Source: Seison nebaliae (taxonomy: Eukaryota). From it: DNA of 64,000 nt. The notes under the pieces were generated by a model. That model saw nothing but the letters and a program-made list of their open reading frames with translations, made no database searches and was not told the origin of the DNA. The position numbers and the translations under genes are program-made. The stretch spans positions 1 to 64,000 of the forward strand of contig JALJEE010001061.1 in NCBI GenBank assembly GCA_023231475.1, given 5' to 3'. Shown in pieces: positions 10,774-24,400 of this stretch. The first letter of the stretch is position 1. Each line of letters opens with the position of its first letter.

Positions 10774-13025
10774 ATGAGATTATGTTGTTTCATTATGAGC
10801 TTTTGGTTAATTTGTCTCCTAGTCCTCGTTCTTCGAATTAATCCATTGACAATCGATTTTAATAATGACGTTCAGTCATCGTTAAAGGAAATTCAATTTC
10901 TACGAATACAATTTTCTGATGTCATTCCAGCTAATAATTTCCTTTTGTTTTATCGAAATGGAAATTTGTCTATCAATTCAACAATTTATGAAGAACTTCA
11001 ACAAGTTTCTTTCATTACCATTTTAATTCATAATTGATGGTTTTCGAAGAATGAATTAATTTGGTCAGTTCGATCGTTGAATGATATCAAATTACAAATT
11101 GTAGAGGAGAATATCGAAATTGAAATAATGCATAAGATTTCAATTGATAATATAAATAATTTATCAATAAAATTTATTCCATTCAATTCCAGTTAATTTC
11201 CACAAAATTTCTTCTCCACAATAAAATACATGGAAAATAGAACTAATTATTCAACAGGCCAATAAACAATATGACATCTTCCCAATACAAATCAGGAATG
11301 TAAATAAAGAATCATCTTTTTTGAAATTAATGGAAAATCGGTATTCCTCATATGCCATCCAATGGCACTATGGAAATGTTTTCTATAACGACATCTTACT
11401 AAGAAGGAGTTTGTATTAAATTTAAAAAAAAATTAATTAAACAATTTAAAAATTATTTCAAAACAGATATCGGTTACATAGAAAATGTTCAACAATTCAA
11501 TTTTGTTTTTGCAGAAACCAGTTCAATTAATTTATTACGATCAAGTTCAAATTAATGGAATTGATTATTATTCTATGGAACATTATTTTATTTTTTAAGA
11601 TTTTCATCTTAATATCAATTATCTCGTTTATTGTACCACCACAAATGATCTCGATAACACGAAACGGATTATCTTCATGAAAAATAACGTCATTAATTTT
11701 AAAAGTTTTTTTAATTTTAAATAATTTAAATTTTCTTTTTCTTTTAGATCGTCCAATTATTAATTTCGCTATTCATTTCCGCTCAAGTTTATTTCATTAT
11801 AAAAATTAAAATGATATTCACTTATCATTCACTAATTATTCAGCGGTTATCAATGGATATTCCTTTAGAGCCAATCGACATGACGCTTGTACCAATGTGG
11901 TTGACTTGAACAATTATTTTGGATACGACCGAAATTATACGAGTAGTAAATTGGTGAATAAGAGAATGATGGTATTTGAATGTAATTATTTTATAATAAA
12001 TGAATTAATTGGAATGTGGGAAACGAAGAAAGTGATATGGAAACTAGAAAATGTTCAAAAAGTAACTAGTCAATCATCTATTGATGAGGTGAAAGAAGGA
12101 AAATCGTATAATAAAGAAGTTGCGATTGTCATGACTTGTGCAATAGTTCTAATAATAGTTGGTCTTTTTTGCTGGGTTCTACCAATTGAAAAAGAAGAAT
12201 TGAACACATTAGAAAGAACTCATAGTACGGCACTCTCGTCTATTCATGATATTAATGAACGTCAATTAAATCTCTATACATCGTCTGGTAGTAGAAAATC
12301 GAAATCGAATGAGGAAATTGTGAAATTGGGAGGGAAACTTTTAAAAAAGAAAATCTCTTCATCAATCGGGAAAGATTTAGATAAGAAAGTTCCTTGGAAA
12401 CATTCGGAGAAGAAACCGTTTCTCGACATATTTCAAGAAAATATTAGATATATCATCGTCATCGACGACAATCCAGAAACTTATTGTCGAAAAGTTTCCA
12501 TATTTTTTCTAATTTCCTTTTAATTTTCCCCCTCAAGTTATCGAAGCGACAAATCCCGTCTGAATTAGGATTGAAATTTATCGATATTTTGGAAGACAAA
12601 GATAGAAAATTTATCTTTCATCCAACAAATTATGAAACTGGAAAAGAATTCAAATTATTCTCAACAAAGTCCATTATCGGAATTGGAAGTCATTCATTTC
12701 GAGGATGTCTCAAATTTTATCAAATCTCCTTACCCTCCTCCTTACGCAGTGTGCTCATATTGTTGAAAATAATTAAGATTTGTCAAAACATATCAAATAA
12801 ATGTCAAATACAATTCATCGGGTTCCTCTCATTTTGGAAGATATTTGGAAAATTAATATTTCTATTTTTCTAGTAAAAAGGAGAAAAAATCGTACAAGAA
12901 TGTCGTCGATTTATTTAGTAAAACTTATTCTCATGTTGTTCTAAAAGTTCGTCTTTTCCTCAATCAACTTTTCAATTCTTTAACAATTATAGAAAACGTG
13001 TCGATCATTCAATGATTATTATTAA
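10774..13025 (+). CDS. Hypothetical multi-exon single-pass membrane protein
   Basis: Hydrophobic N-terminus (FWLICLLVLVL), a later TM segment (VAIVMTCAIVLIIVGLFCWVL), and several ORF pieces separated by AT-rich GTT..AG segments. Exon structure only partly resolved. Confidence 0.45.
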
Positions 13026-13462
13026 ATTTCATAATTCTCTTTTTCATAAATTAAATTTTACAATTTATATTTTTTTATAAAATAATTTTAAAATTCTATT
13101 TTCTAAACAATTTTAAAGTTGAATTCTAATAAAATTTATATTGACAAATTTACATATTAGTTCTTTTCAATTAAACTTCAAATTACACAAAAATAAAAAT
13201 TGTCAGAAATGTGTCATAATTTTTAAAGCAAATAAATATTATATCAAGCTTAAAATTTGAATTATATCATTCTAATTATAAAATTGTAGAAAAGAAAGAA
13301 ATGAAAATTTTCTTCGATTTGAAGATACGTGAAATACGAATAGAAAAAAGAGATTTCCTATCCTATCATAAAGGGAATAATTTAATTAAAAATATTTAAA
13401 GATTTGGAAAAAAGATAAATGTTGCACATTTATTATAGTAATTGGAACTAATTTTGAATATA

Positions 13463-15317
13463 ATGTCGACGACTAATATGAAACGATCGAGTAGTAAATG
13501 GGACGACGACATTTCCGTCGATCATGAGAAACGATTACGTCTCAAATTGATCGAGAAGACAAAGAGACGGAAAAAAGACAAGAAAAATAATTCCGATTCT
13601 CCATATACTTCCCCATCACTTGGTGATGTTGACACCGATGACAATGATTCGGAAGTAAATGAGACGATGTCTACAATTTATTATAATCCAGCATTGAGTG
13701 GTTGTCGTAGTATATCGAATTATCGACGACTCAATCGAATAGAAGAAGGCGCTTTCGGAATTGTCTTCCGTGCACAAGATATCGCCAGCGAGAAAATTTA
13801 TGCTATAAAGAAATTGAAATTAGATCGAGAACGAGAAGGATTTCCTATCACATCATTGAGAGAGATTAACACGATATTGAAAGCACAACATAAGAATGTG
13901 GTGACAGTACGTGAGATAGTAGTTGGAGAGAATTTAAATGAGATTTTCATAGTCATGAATTATGTTGAACACGATTTGAAAACGTTGATGACATATTCGA
14001 TGAAGAAACCTTTTACCGTCGCACAAGTCAAATGTTTATTGCAACAATTATTGAACGGTGTTCGTCATCTCCATGAAAATTGGATTATTCATCGCGATTT
14101 AAAACCATCAAATCTCTTATTATCTCATTCTGGAATTTTAAAAGTTGGAGAAAGAAATTTATTTAATTTTTAAAAAAATATTTTTTTATTTTAAATTTTT
14201 TTTAAGATCGGAGATTTTGGTTTAGCCAGAGAATATGCGTCACCATTAAAACAGTATACACCTCTCGTCGTCACTTTATGGTATCGAGCACCAGAATTAT
14301 TACTCCAATCGAGAGATTATTATTCGACGGCAGTCGATTTGTGGAGTGTGGGATGTATTTTTGGAGAGTTGTTAACGATGAAACCATTATTTCCTGGAAA
14401 AACGGAAACAGACCAAATCATGAAAATTTTCAATGTTAGTTCATTCTACTTCTAATTCTTCTTCTCCTTCTTTACCTTTTGAAATTTTCATTTTTTTTTA
14501 AAAGAATTTTTTAAGGTAAAGAAGGAGGAGTATTTTTTTTAAATTTTTCAAAATCCATCTTGAAATTTTTGATGGGGAAAAATAATTTGGGAATTCTCAT
14601 TAAAGTTTTCTTCTAATCATTCGTCGTTTATTTGGAATATTCTTTTCTTTCCATTTGTTGAGAACATTTGATTATAATTCTATTTAAATTAGTCTTCATT
14701 TGATCATTCTCCTCCATTGCTCGATAACGGTACGTGACGCAACATGTACTACAACAGCAAAAACAAATGACTTATCTCTAAAATAAAATCATCCATTCGG
14801 TTTCTTAGTTATCGTCATTCTTATCTCGTTCTCTTTCCCTTAGACGATGGGCACCCCAAAATTTGCCGATTGGCCCGAATTCGGATTATTGACAGAACGA
14901 GCTCGATTCACCATACCACCAATCCCATCAACTTCATGGACATATCATTTTAGTCATGTTAAAGAATTCCGAGAAAAAGGAAAGAGTTTATTGAATCACT
15001 TCCTCCAATTCAATCCGAAACGACGAACAAATGCCAAAGATGCTTTAGAACATGAATATTTCAGACAGAAACCATTACCAATCGATCCATCATTATTTCC
15101 GTCATGGCCCGCTAAATCGGAAGGGGGAAAACATATTAATAAGGATTATTTGAACGTTCCTAAACCACCATCAGGACGTCATAATTCTGGTGATGACGAA
15201 GTATTGATGGCATCTCTTAATTTAGCCACAGGAAATAATATCGTTAATATGACATCGTTAGGAAATTCCACTACAACCACTTCAAGTGACAAATCTTTCA
15301 AATTACGAATGAGCTAA
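13463..15317 (+). CDS. CDK11: Cyclin-dependent kinase 11 (PITSLRE), 3 exons
   Basis: [90 protein letters not shown]. Introns 14144-14206 and 14435-14843. Confidence 0.95.
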
Positions 15318-16061
15318 ATTTGTACGCGGATAATTTATTGCAGAAAAAAAAAACAACTATTCCATCTGAATTGATAGGAATTTTCATTATCATCCAATGT
15401 TCTCTTAACAATTCTTTTTTTTATTGTTGTTCTTCATCTGTTTTCCTCTCAAGTAAATTAAGTCTCTAACTCATTTTTATTTTTAATTTCTTCTTCATAA
15501 TTAAAGTGTAATAAAACCATCATCAACAACTTGTTTTCTCTCAAAATCTAATTGCACATATTCCCAATCACTTTTTCTACATTTATCACTCAATCCAATT
15601 CTTATTCAATGTATATACTAATTTCAAATGAACAAATTAAAATAAATAAATTTTATTCTCAAAATAAAAACTTCTCAATTCCCTTTCATTCCTTAAAAAA
15701 CGAGTTTCTATACGGAATGTTTGATTCTGCGTTCATTAGCATGAACATGGATAGCTGAGTAAAATGGTCAAAGTTCGTCAAAGATGTGCACATTTTGTGC
15801 ATTAGAGAGGTTAAAATTTGAATTTTATCAGTATTATCAAATGTTAAAATAAAAAAGTTTAGGAAGAAAATTTATTTTAATAAATATCAAGCAAGTCTAT
15901 GGGAACATTTTAGAAATGAGTATTAGTAAAAAAATTGCACTTATATGAATTGATGATTCAATTATTTATATGAATCAAAAAATTTGTAAAAAAATTGAGA
16001 AAGAACAAATAGTATAGACAAAAAAGGAAAAAAGTTTTTGATTTATTTATTGAACATTGAT

Positions 16062-17214
16062 TTACCATAATAAACCCTTATTTTTCAAATTCAATTGAAT
16101 CGGATAAATCAGATATAACGGCCATTTAATTATAGGGTCTCCGTAAATTTCACGTAGTCGTTGGAGTTTAGAGGGAAAGAATCTCTTCTTTTGGAAAAGG
16201 CCGTCTTCGTATTTCCGAATAGTTCTTCGTCTTTCGAAAAACTCGAGCCATGTCCTATCCTTCAAATTCAGTAGACAAAGAATTAGATAGAGAATGACGG
16301 TGCAAGTCATGGTCGAGATGTTTCCCATTAGAATAATGATTGCGATTAAAGCTTCGAAAGTTCCGTGTTCGAATAATTTATGTTTTTCACAATATTCGAA
16401 TGTCGCCCAAATGGCTATTCCGAAGAAGATTGCTAAATAGAACAACAATTGCATATAATATCGATAAGTAAAATGACCAATACATGTATCTATAAAAACT
16501 GAATTAGAAACTAAAAAAAAAGACTGATGGAACTCGTTAAATGTGAATGGAATTGTCGTTTTAATACGCACCAATGACACATATCGCAATGAACAGATCG
16601 GGCGACTTGGAAAATTTTACAAGAATTACAACAACGTTCTTCGTAGCAACGATGTCGTTCAATTTTTTGGATATCAAAAACACGTTTCTGTACCGATTCG
16701 ATCAACAAATGTTTCGCATTTGGTCCGTTCATCGTATTTTCTATTTCCAATTGAGCAGCGTCGTCAAATATTTTTGTTAACGTTTGTTGACTTTCCGTCA
16801 CCGTCAAACGATTGGCATGTGTATCGAGACATATCAAATAATTTAAACAGATTTGTACTAATACAAAAATCGTGTAAACATAAGTGACTACAGAGTTTTT
16901 TTTTTCATTATGAACTTCAATGAAATAGATAAAAAAGAACTTGAATCAAATTCTTTCACATGAATATACCATAACAGATTGATAACAAATAGGATTTGTG
17001 AACAAATTTTTATTATTCTACTGAATGTTGCCGGCTCAGTTCTGAACAGTGAGAAAATGGAGTTTAGTAGAGTTTAATAAACAACAAGTTGTAACAATGC
17101 TTCCACAATTTCCTCCACGGGAACTTGTCTTCCTTCGCACAACTTATCAAAAATTCCCATCTTTCCGTCTGACCATCTTTCTTCAAAATCGATCGAATTC
17201 ATTTGGATTTCCAT
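16062..17214 (-). CDS. DHHC-family palmitoyltransferase-like protein with a degenerate catalytic motif, 4 exons
   Basis: Two TM segments, then CNSCKIFQVARSVHCDMCHWCVLKRQFHSHLT|NTCIGHFTYRYYMQLLFY, two more TM segments, and RTWLE (TTxE-like motif). ATG at 17214. Confidence 0.8.
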
Positions 17215-17540
17215 GCTGGATTAGTAGCTTCTACTTTATGTTGTTAGTTATAATGGCAATCTTAAACCATGGCGACTTAAATTTGATTAAAATAATGGTT
17301 TTCAAGTAAAAAAAATTATTTGCGTTTTTATTTCCTAATTCAAAATTTTAGCTTTTAACATTATCTCATTTAGCGTCGTAAAAGCCAAATATTTGAAAAT
17401 ATTAATGTTAGTTTGAAATTATTGTTCAAATGGAAAATTTGTGAGGAAAAAAATATCATGTGCACGCTGAAATTATTCAAACAACACTTTCAACATTTAG
17501 TTAAATCTTTTGATTCAACAAAGACAGTTAGAATTCAGAA

Positions 17541-19140
17541 ATGGTTTGTATCTTTCTCTTGTAATTATGTGAATTTTGAACAATTTTGTAGAGTCATCGT
17601 AAATTTGAACATCCACGTTGTGGTTCGTTGGGATTCCTCCCAAAAAAACGTACAAAACATCATCATGGAAAGATTAAGGCTTTCCCGAAAGATGATCGAT
17701 CGAAACCAGTTCACTTGACCGCCTTTATGGGATACAAAGCGGGAATGACACATATTCTCCGTGATGTCGATCGAGTCGGATCGAAACTGCATAAGAAGGA
17801 AACGGTAGAAGCCGTCACAATTATTGAGACGCCTCCAATTGTGATTGTGGGTTGTGTTGGATATATCGATACTCCGAGAGGACCACGTGCCTTCCGATCG
17901 ATTTTCGCACCTCACATGAGTGATGAATGTAAACGACGATTCTATAAACATTGGTTAGTTTCCTTTAAAAATTATTTAATTATTTCATTCCATTGTGAAA
18001 TTATAAATAATTAATTAAAAAAAAAAGTTTGATATTTCATATTGTTTCGATGATATCGATTTTATGTTGCGGGATCGAATTATCAATTCCATCACCGATT
18101 AACATCTAATTTATTATGAACAATATGATTTATCTATTGTAAATGATTGAGTCTCCGCTCATATGTCGATCATCTGTTATTAGAGAAATAGGATAATCGA
18201 ACGACGAATAAATGATGAGACCAGAAATTTACAGAAACATTCTATCATTTTCTCTTCTCTCCATTCCTTCAGGCGTAAGAGTGCCAAGAGTGCCTTCACC
18301 AAATATTCGAAACGTTGGGAGAGTGAAGATCAAATGAAAGAGATCGAACGTGATTTCCGAAAAATCGAGAAATTTTGTAGTAGTATTCGTGTCATTTGTC
18401 ATACTCAAGTCGCTATTTTGAAAAAACGTCAAAAGAAAGCTCATATTTTCGAAGTTCAAGTGAATGGTGGATCGATGGAAGATAAAGTGAAATGGATTCG
18501 ACAACATTTTGAACATAAAATTCCTGTGACTCAAGTATTTGAAGAGAATGAAACGATCGATTTATGTGGTGTTACTAAAGGTCACGGATTCAAAGGTGTC
18601 GTATCTCGATGGGGCGTTACGAAACTCCCAAGGAAAACACACAAGGGTTTGAGGAAAGTGGCATGTATTGGAGCGTGGCATCCGTCACGTGTCGCCTTCA
18701 CTGTGGCACGTGCTGGTCAGAAAGGATATCATCATCGAACAGAAATCAACAAGAAAATTTATCGAATTGGAAAATCGACTCAAAGAATCGACACGAAAAA
18801 TCGAGAGAAAGAAGGCGAAGGCGAAAGTACAGCGATCGGAAACGGTTCAACTCAATATGATCCAGTCGCTAAAGACATCACACCAATGGGCGGTTTCCCT
18901 CATTATGGTGTGGTGAATCAAGATTTCATCATGATCAAAGGATGTTGTGTCGGTTTGAGGAAGAGAGCCATCACCATGAGAAAGGCATTACAATTGCCGA
19001 CGAAACGAGCTGCTTTAGAGAAGATCTCATTGAAGTTCATCGATACGAGTAGCAAATTCGGTCATGGTCGTTTCCAAACGAAGAAGGAGAAGGCCACTTT
19101 CATGGGTCCAATGAAAGCAAAGACGGTGGTAACAGAATAA
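17541..19140 (+). CDS. RPL3: 60S ribosomal protein L3 (uL3), 3 exons
   Basis: [68 protein letters not shown]. Introns 17544-17591 (directly after the ATG) and 17954-18272. Confidence 0.98.
18037..18242 (+). ncRNA. Candidate box H/ACA snoRNA in RPL3 intron 2
   Basis: Hairpin 1: TCATATTGTT/AACAATATGA, ATGTTG/TAACAT, GAATT/AATTC. ANANNA-type boxes near 18120-18128. Hairpin 2: TGTAAAT/ATTTACA, GTCTC/GAGAC, TCAT/ATGA, GTCG/CGAC. ACA at 18237-18239, 15 nt after the upper stem. Confidence 0.6.
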
Positions 19141-20789
19141 TGTTCTATTTAACGAAACATTCAATCATTTAAGATGATGTTGTTTTGGAAGAAATAAAAA
19201 TTCTCTTAAAATCTTTTGACGTTATCAATTTTGTTTTAGCAGTTCACGTTTTTAGTTCAATTTATATCGGTGACATTTAATCTCTAGATAATTTCTTTAA
19301 TCAATATACTGATATTGAAATATTTAATATTTTTCTGTTTGTATATGTGACAGAAGAAGAGAATGATATATGGGTCTTCCGTATAGAATTTGCACAACCA
19401 TTTAATTATTTAGAAAAGGTAAATGAAATATATCTAGGTGTTGTTGTACGAATGTGATTCGAATGAGTTCTACCTTCATCTGTGAGTTCTTAAAAGTTTG
19501 GTTATAATTTTTAATATCTTATCGTAAAATGCTCAATGACGTCAATGAAGTGATGTTTGTTTCCTTTTAATCAATGAGAGAAAGAGAGAGGATGGAGGGA
19601 AAGACATTAAAATAAAAGATTACGATGTTCAAACGAGTTAAATGTGAAGGGACTAATGATTTTTCTATTGAGTATACGTAGAGATACATATGTCCGTGTA
19701 GATGATCTATGACAATCAATAGTTTATCGATAGTTCTGTAGGAGAGGTTTCATTATTTAAAATTCTCTACTTGGGTACGATCGGTGAGATCCATTAATTT
19801 ATGAAACTATTAATATAAACCAAACTGGTTGTTGTATATGTAGAAGTGACGCGGATCGAATATGGTCTCATAATCATCGATATTGAAAATTACTATTGAA
19901 ACATTGCAACGTGTCAATAAAGCAGATCAGAAAACGACGAAGACAAGATAGGAGATATAAAGAGTAATATTTAACGTGTATCTGTGTGTAGGACGAAGAC
20001 AATAAGATAGATAAGATTGAGGAACGTTCATACAAACGGTAATCTGAATGGTGAACTTGGAGTTGAACGTCGCTAAATGACTTATAATCCCCATCCATCC
20101 CAATGTACAAAATAATCAATTAACAAATTAATCCCAAATCGATTAGAAGAAGAAGAAGAAGAATTTCTTCAATAAAGAACAAACTTTTTCTCTTTGGATC
20201 AGCTGCGAAATTTTATTGAACTTAATTCTTCACTCTCACCAATCCCATTCGAATCACGAGAACATGTTTGTATGAGACAAGGAACCAATCTAAAGGATTT
20301 ATCTCAATACGGAACTGGTCGAATTTCTCGACGATTTTTATTCTTGCCCATTTTCTTATTCAAGCGGACAAATCCCACATCATCAATCCCAACGATAATA
20401 TTATGTTCATTATAAATAGAAATTGAATACTTTTCCAATTTTCAACATCCTTTGCCCATCTTATTCTCCTACCGAATCATTACCAATTTCATATCATTCC
20501 TTCCCACAGAGATTACCAAAAGTAACAAATTGAAAACTAACCATCAGTCAACAATTATCGAATGCAACAATAACATTCATTTCCTTCCATTAAATACGAT
20601 TTAGTGTTTTCGGAAGTTTTGAAATTCGCTTCAACACACACTCACACACGATTGTTGGGGATAATACACATTCCTCAAACACACACACACACACACAAAT
20701 TTTCCTTTCATCAACATCCAATTTTTCCACAACTTTATTAGACTAGCAGCAACTGTAGTTCAGAGAGTTAGCATAGAATCGGGTAAATC

Positions 20790-21497
20790 ATGGCAATGTT
20801 ATCACCATCATCAGTCTCATTGAACGAGTCTAGACGGTCGCCCTCTTACTGTCGGATTGCTACACGTTTACCTCGTATATCGACACAATTGTACAATAAA
20901 AATGAATTAACTTCACTTTCTACTGGCATTCTACGCAAACCATCAATGGGAAGTTTACGCAATCCCACCAACGATATATTCGCTCGTCTTAATCGTTTGA
21001 TGATGGGAAGCAATGGCAGTAACCGTGCCAAACGGATGTTAAAACGTCTGATGGAGAAGAAGGATCGAATGTATCTCTTCGACGATTCAGAGACAATACC
21101 AGAGAAGATAAAGAAGAAGCGTATGAGGAGAAAACGCAAAACGAAGAAACATAGTGAACAATTCATTAAATTGAATGAGAAGGACAATAAATTGAAGAGA
21201 CAACGACGACGAAGAAAACGGAAAAATCAGCAACAAGAACCAAATACCATGAAGATTGACAAAGAGCCGAAATTGGATGATGATCATGAACAGATTAACC
21301 GTAGTCGTCATCATCATCGACGGCATCATCATCGACATCTATCTCCGTACCAAGTGCCAAGTAACGGTAATTCACGTAATTCTTCACGAACCACTCACCA
21401 ATCTGACATTTCCTCAAATTTCGACACTTCCCAAAACTATTTGAAGGAAATAGAAATGAACAATGAGAACGAAAACGAATTAGAGATAAATGGTTAA
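20790..21497 (+). CDS. Basic, low-complexity ORF (Lys/Arg and His tracts); orphan gene or an upstream exon of a larger gene
   Basis: 235-aa ORF with KKKRMRRKRKTKK and HHHRRHHHRH. It ends at a possible GTTAAC donor near 21493. Confidence 0.5.
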   Translation: MAMLSPSSVSLNESRRSPSYCRIATRLPRISTQLYNKNELTSLSTGILRKPSMGSLRNPTNDIFARLNRLMMGSNGSNRAKRMLKRLMEKKDRMYLFDDSETIPEKIKKKRMRRKRKTKKHSEQFIKLNEKDNKLKRQRRRRKRKNQQQEPNTMKIDKEPKLDDDHEQINRSRHHHRRHHHRHLSPYQVPSNGNSRNSSRTTHQSDISSNFDTSQNYLKEIEMNNENENELEING

Positions 21498-24400
21498 CAT
21501 TTAAGTTTATTTTATCTTCCATTCGTTTTATCGGTTTCCTCACCGAACGAATAATCTGTTTCGTTTGAGGAGTCGAAACATTTACATACATTTCCACCAT
21601 CTCCCCCCTCTCCTTATCATGGGAGGAATCTTCTTTGCGTTAAATATCGTAGTGATGAACACTTGTATTAGTAGAATGGGAAGGCATTTGAAAAGTTATC
21701 TACGATTGAATCTTCGGAAGAAATTAGAAAAATGTCCATCAACCAAATCAATTCTTCTATTTCATTATCAAAGACTTCCAATTTGATGTAAGTGTTGGAA
21801 GAAAGGAATTTATCTTTGTAACGTTCTTGATTCCATTAAACATTCGAATATTCGAATGGAAAGTGTGTAAAAAGATAGATAGACTCATCTCACTCCTTTA
21901 TTGATTTACCGACCGATTGTTCTTGATCGATCGATTGGTGAATGAATCAAAAGAAGAAATATTAAGATTATCTTACAAACAATGTAGCAGTTATCATTTC
22001 CAGTTTAGTTACTTACTATAAAATGTATTGTGAAAGTAAAGAATGTTTGAAGTTGAGGAAGAAAACATTAGAAATTTTTCTCATGACCTTCACACATTGA
22101 CAACTCATTGCATATAAGTATGATATGATTATAATCGAAAAAAAATCGTCTATATTATCATAGGAGAAAGTGAGATGGAAATAAGACTGTCCATCGTTCT
22201 CTTAATAATATGGTGGAACATCATTAGTTATCTATATAAGAAAGTTTTATATTGCGACTTTGTGCCAACAGTTTCCATCAAACAAATTCGTCCAAATGAA
22301 CTTTATTTCAAATTAAAATCTCATTTTTCTTCCTTCGACGTCACGGTCAAATTTCTTTCAAAATTACAAATCGTAGAATTACGGAATTTAGATATGTGAG
22401 TAGAAGTGAGTGATTGAAATGATTCTTACGAAGACTTCGTAGATGGAAGTCTTTAAAATACCTCGTAATTTAGTTGTCGATACGAATAAATTTGTAAGAG
22501 GTTTTCCCCTTCGACAATATTGTCGCTACTGTAAAAGAAGTTTCCAGTAAATAATTCGATTATTAAAGAAATAATTTGTCAGATTCTTCACTTTCCCTCA
22601 ATTCTATATCCTGAGAATAATTTGACTTTCGCCTACGCATCGTTACATAACAAAGTTAAAGTGAATTACATTCTCGTTCATTTCATTTTTCTTGTGGACA
22701 CATGAATTTCCATGTCACCAATTCCCTTCGGAGAGAAATGGAGAATTTGTTTATTTTGGTTGTTAAATTCTTGAAGGAATTCTTCATATTTTACATAATA
22801 GTCCGTCAGTGACCATTGGGTGGAAGAAGATAGGTTTGTTTTCTTCTAAATATTTGTGAACTATTCTCCCGAATGTATTAATAGCAATGCAATAATATAA
22901 TTAATAAGATATTTGTTTGGAATCGTTGTCCGATGTATCATACAATCGAAACTAATGAGATACAAACTCAATATAAGTCAATAAGAAATAGAAAGATTTT
23001 AATTATCTTAAATTTTATTGAGCATTTCTTTTGCATCAAACACATTCGCTTAATCAACATACAGTTCCTTTTTCCTTTCTCACAACCAAATTTCACAACA
23101 GTTGTCTTCCTTTTCATAAAAAGGGTTTTTCGTCTTTCCATAAATTTACGTATTTAATAATTAGTGCAAAAGTATAAGCTTTAGATCTCGTGCCGATGTG
23201 TTCGAAAGAATTGTTTGAAAACATTTAAGAATGAACATTTCCTTGAAAGTTCTTTTCCCTATAGAAATGTCTAATACTATTCTCTATGTTGAACTTCAAG
23301 TGCAAAACATTATCCCAACATTCCAATGTTCTTTTCGAAGTAGCTAATTCAACTTATCTCGAAAGAATTTTCCCTAGTTTTTTCTCCCAATTTTCTCCCT
23401 CACATGAAATCACTTATTAAGCGCTGAAGTCATCATTTGTTATTATGAACATTTGGACAATTCGTTCAATTTTACATGTTCTCACTTCAATTACAAAGTT
23501 CGTTAAGGTATTCTCTTGTACTGTGACATTCGGGTATTGATATATACAAAGTTTATGATTCGATGTGATCAGAAACCCAACTCCTCCTGACAAGTTGAAA
23601 TAATGATGTAATTGAAAATCTTTTCTCCCATAACAAGAAAGTAGTGTGTATGTGTGTGTGTGAGAAGTTTTAGTCAACGAAAAGTTTCAGTCAGAAAATT
23701 GAAGCAACTTTTGAGAATAATTTGAACTCGTTTTTCTGGTCGGTCGAGGAGGAAGGAAGAAGGAAAATCATTGAAAGAGAAATTTCCGATGTGTGATAAA
23801 TTCTATTTGCTCCAGTCCTCCTCTTTATTGCCCTTGACTACTCATTTAAAAATTATACTTCTACTTCCATCCTCCTTCTTCCCTCCTTCTCTCACAATTT
23901 ATTTCCGTTGTCTCGTTCATATCGTTGCAATGGTAAGCGAACCGTGTTACTGTCATTCATACAAGACAGTTTCCACTTTCCCGAATGTCATTCTCCCTAA
24001 TTTAATGTTTTTTGGACATCAGCACATGTTTCAATAATAACAATTAAACAATCTCATCTTTTCTTTTTGACATGGCTCGCCCATGTTGACTGATCTCCCA
24101 ACATATCTCGGTATATATCTATGTCAATTTCTCCATCCACCAATATGATTCTTTCGATTCGATGTTACTCTCATATCAGTATTCTCTTGGTCGAATGTTA
24201 AAAATGACACTAGTCGTAGAAGACGAACGGAAATTAAAGTGTTTATGTTTTCTTGCTACCCTAAATATATTTAGTCAAAGGGGTTTACTCCTTTCTAAAG
24301 AGTAATTAAAGGTTTGACGAATTGATCTTCTTCTGTCTTTTCACAATATTATCAATCGGATAATAATGATAAGTTCTTCTTAAACATAAGCTGAAAATGA

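Noticed and set aside
14144..14152. ORF track reads KVGE, suggesting a broken DFG motif in CDK11
   Set aside because: GTTGGA is the intron donor; the next exon supplies IGDFG, so the kinase is intact.
17565..18916. Antisense and alternate-frame ORFs over RPL3, and similar ones over TENT5, hnRNP K, SPG11 and SRPK
   Set aside because: Shadow ORFs of real coding regions or of triplet repeats, with no motifs of their own.
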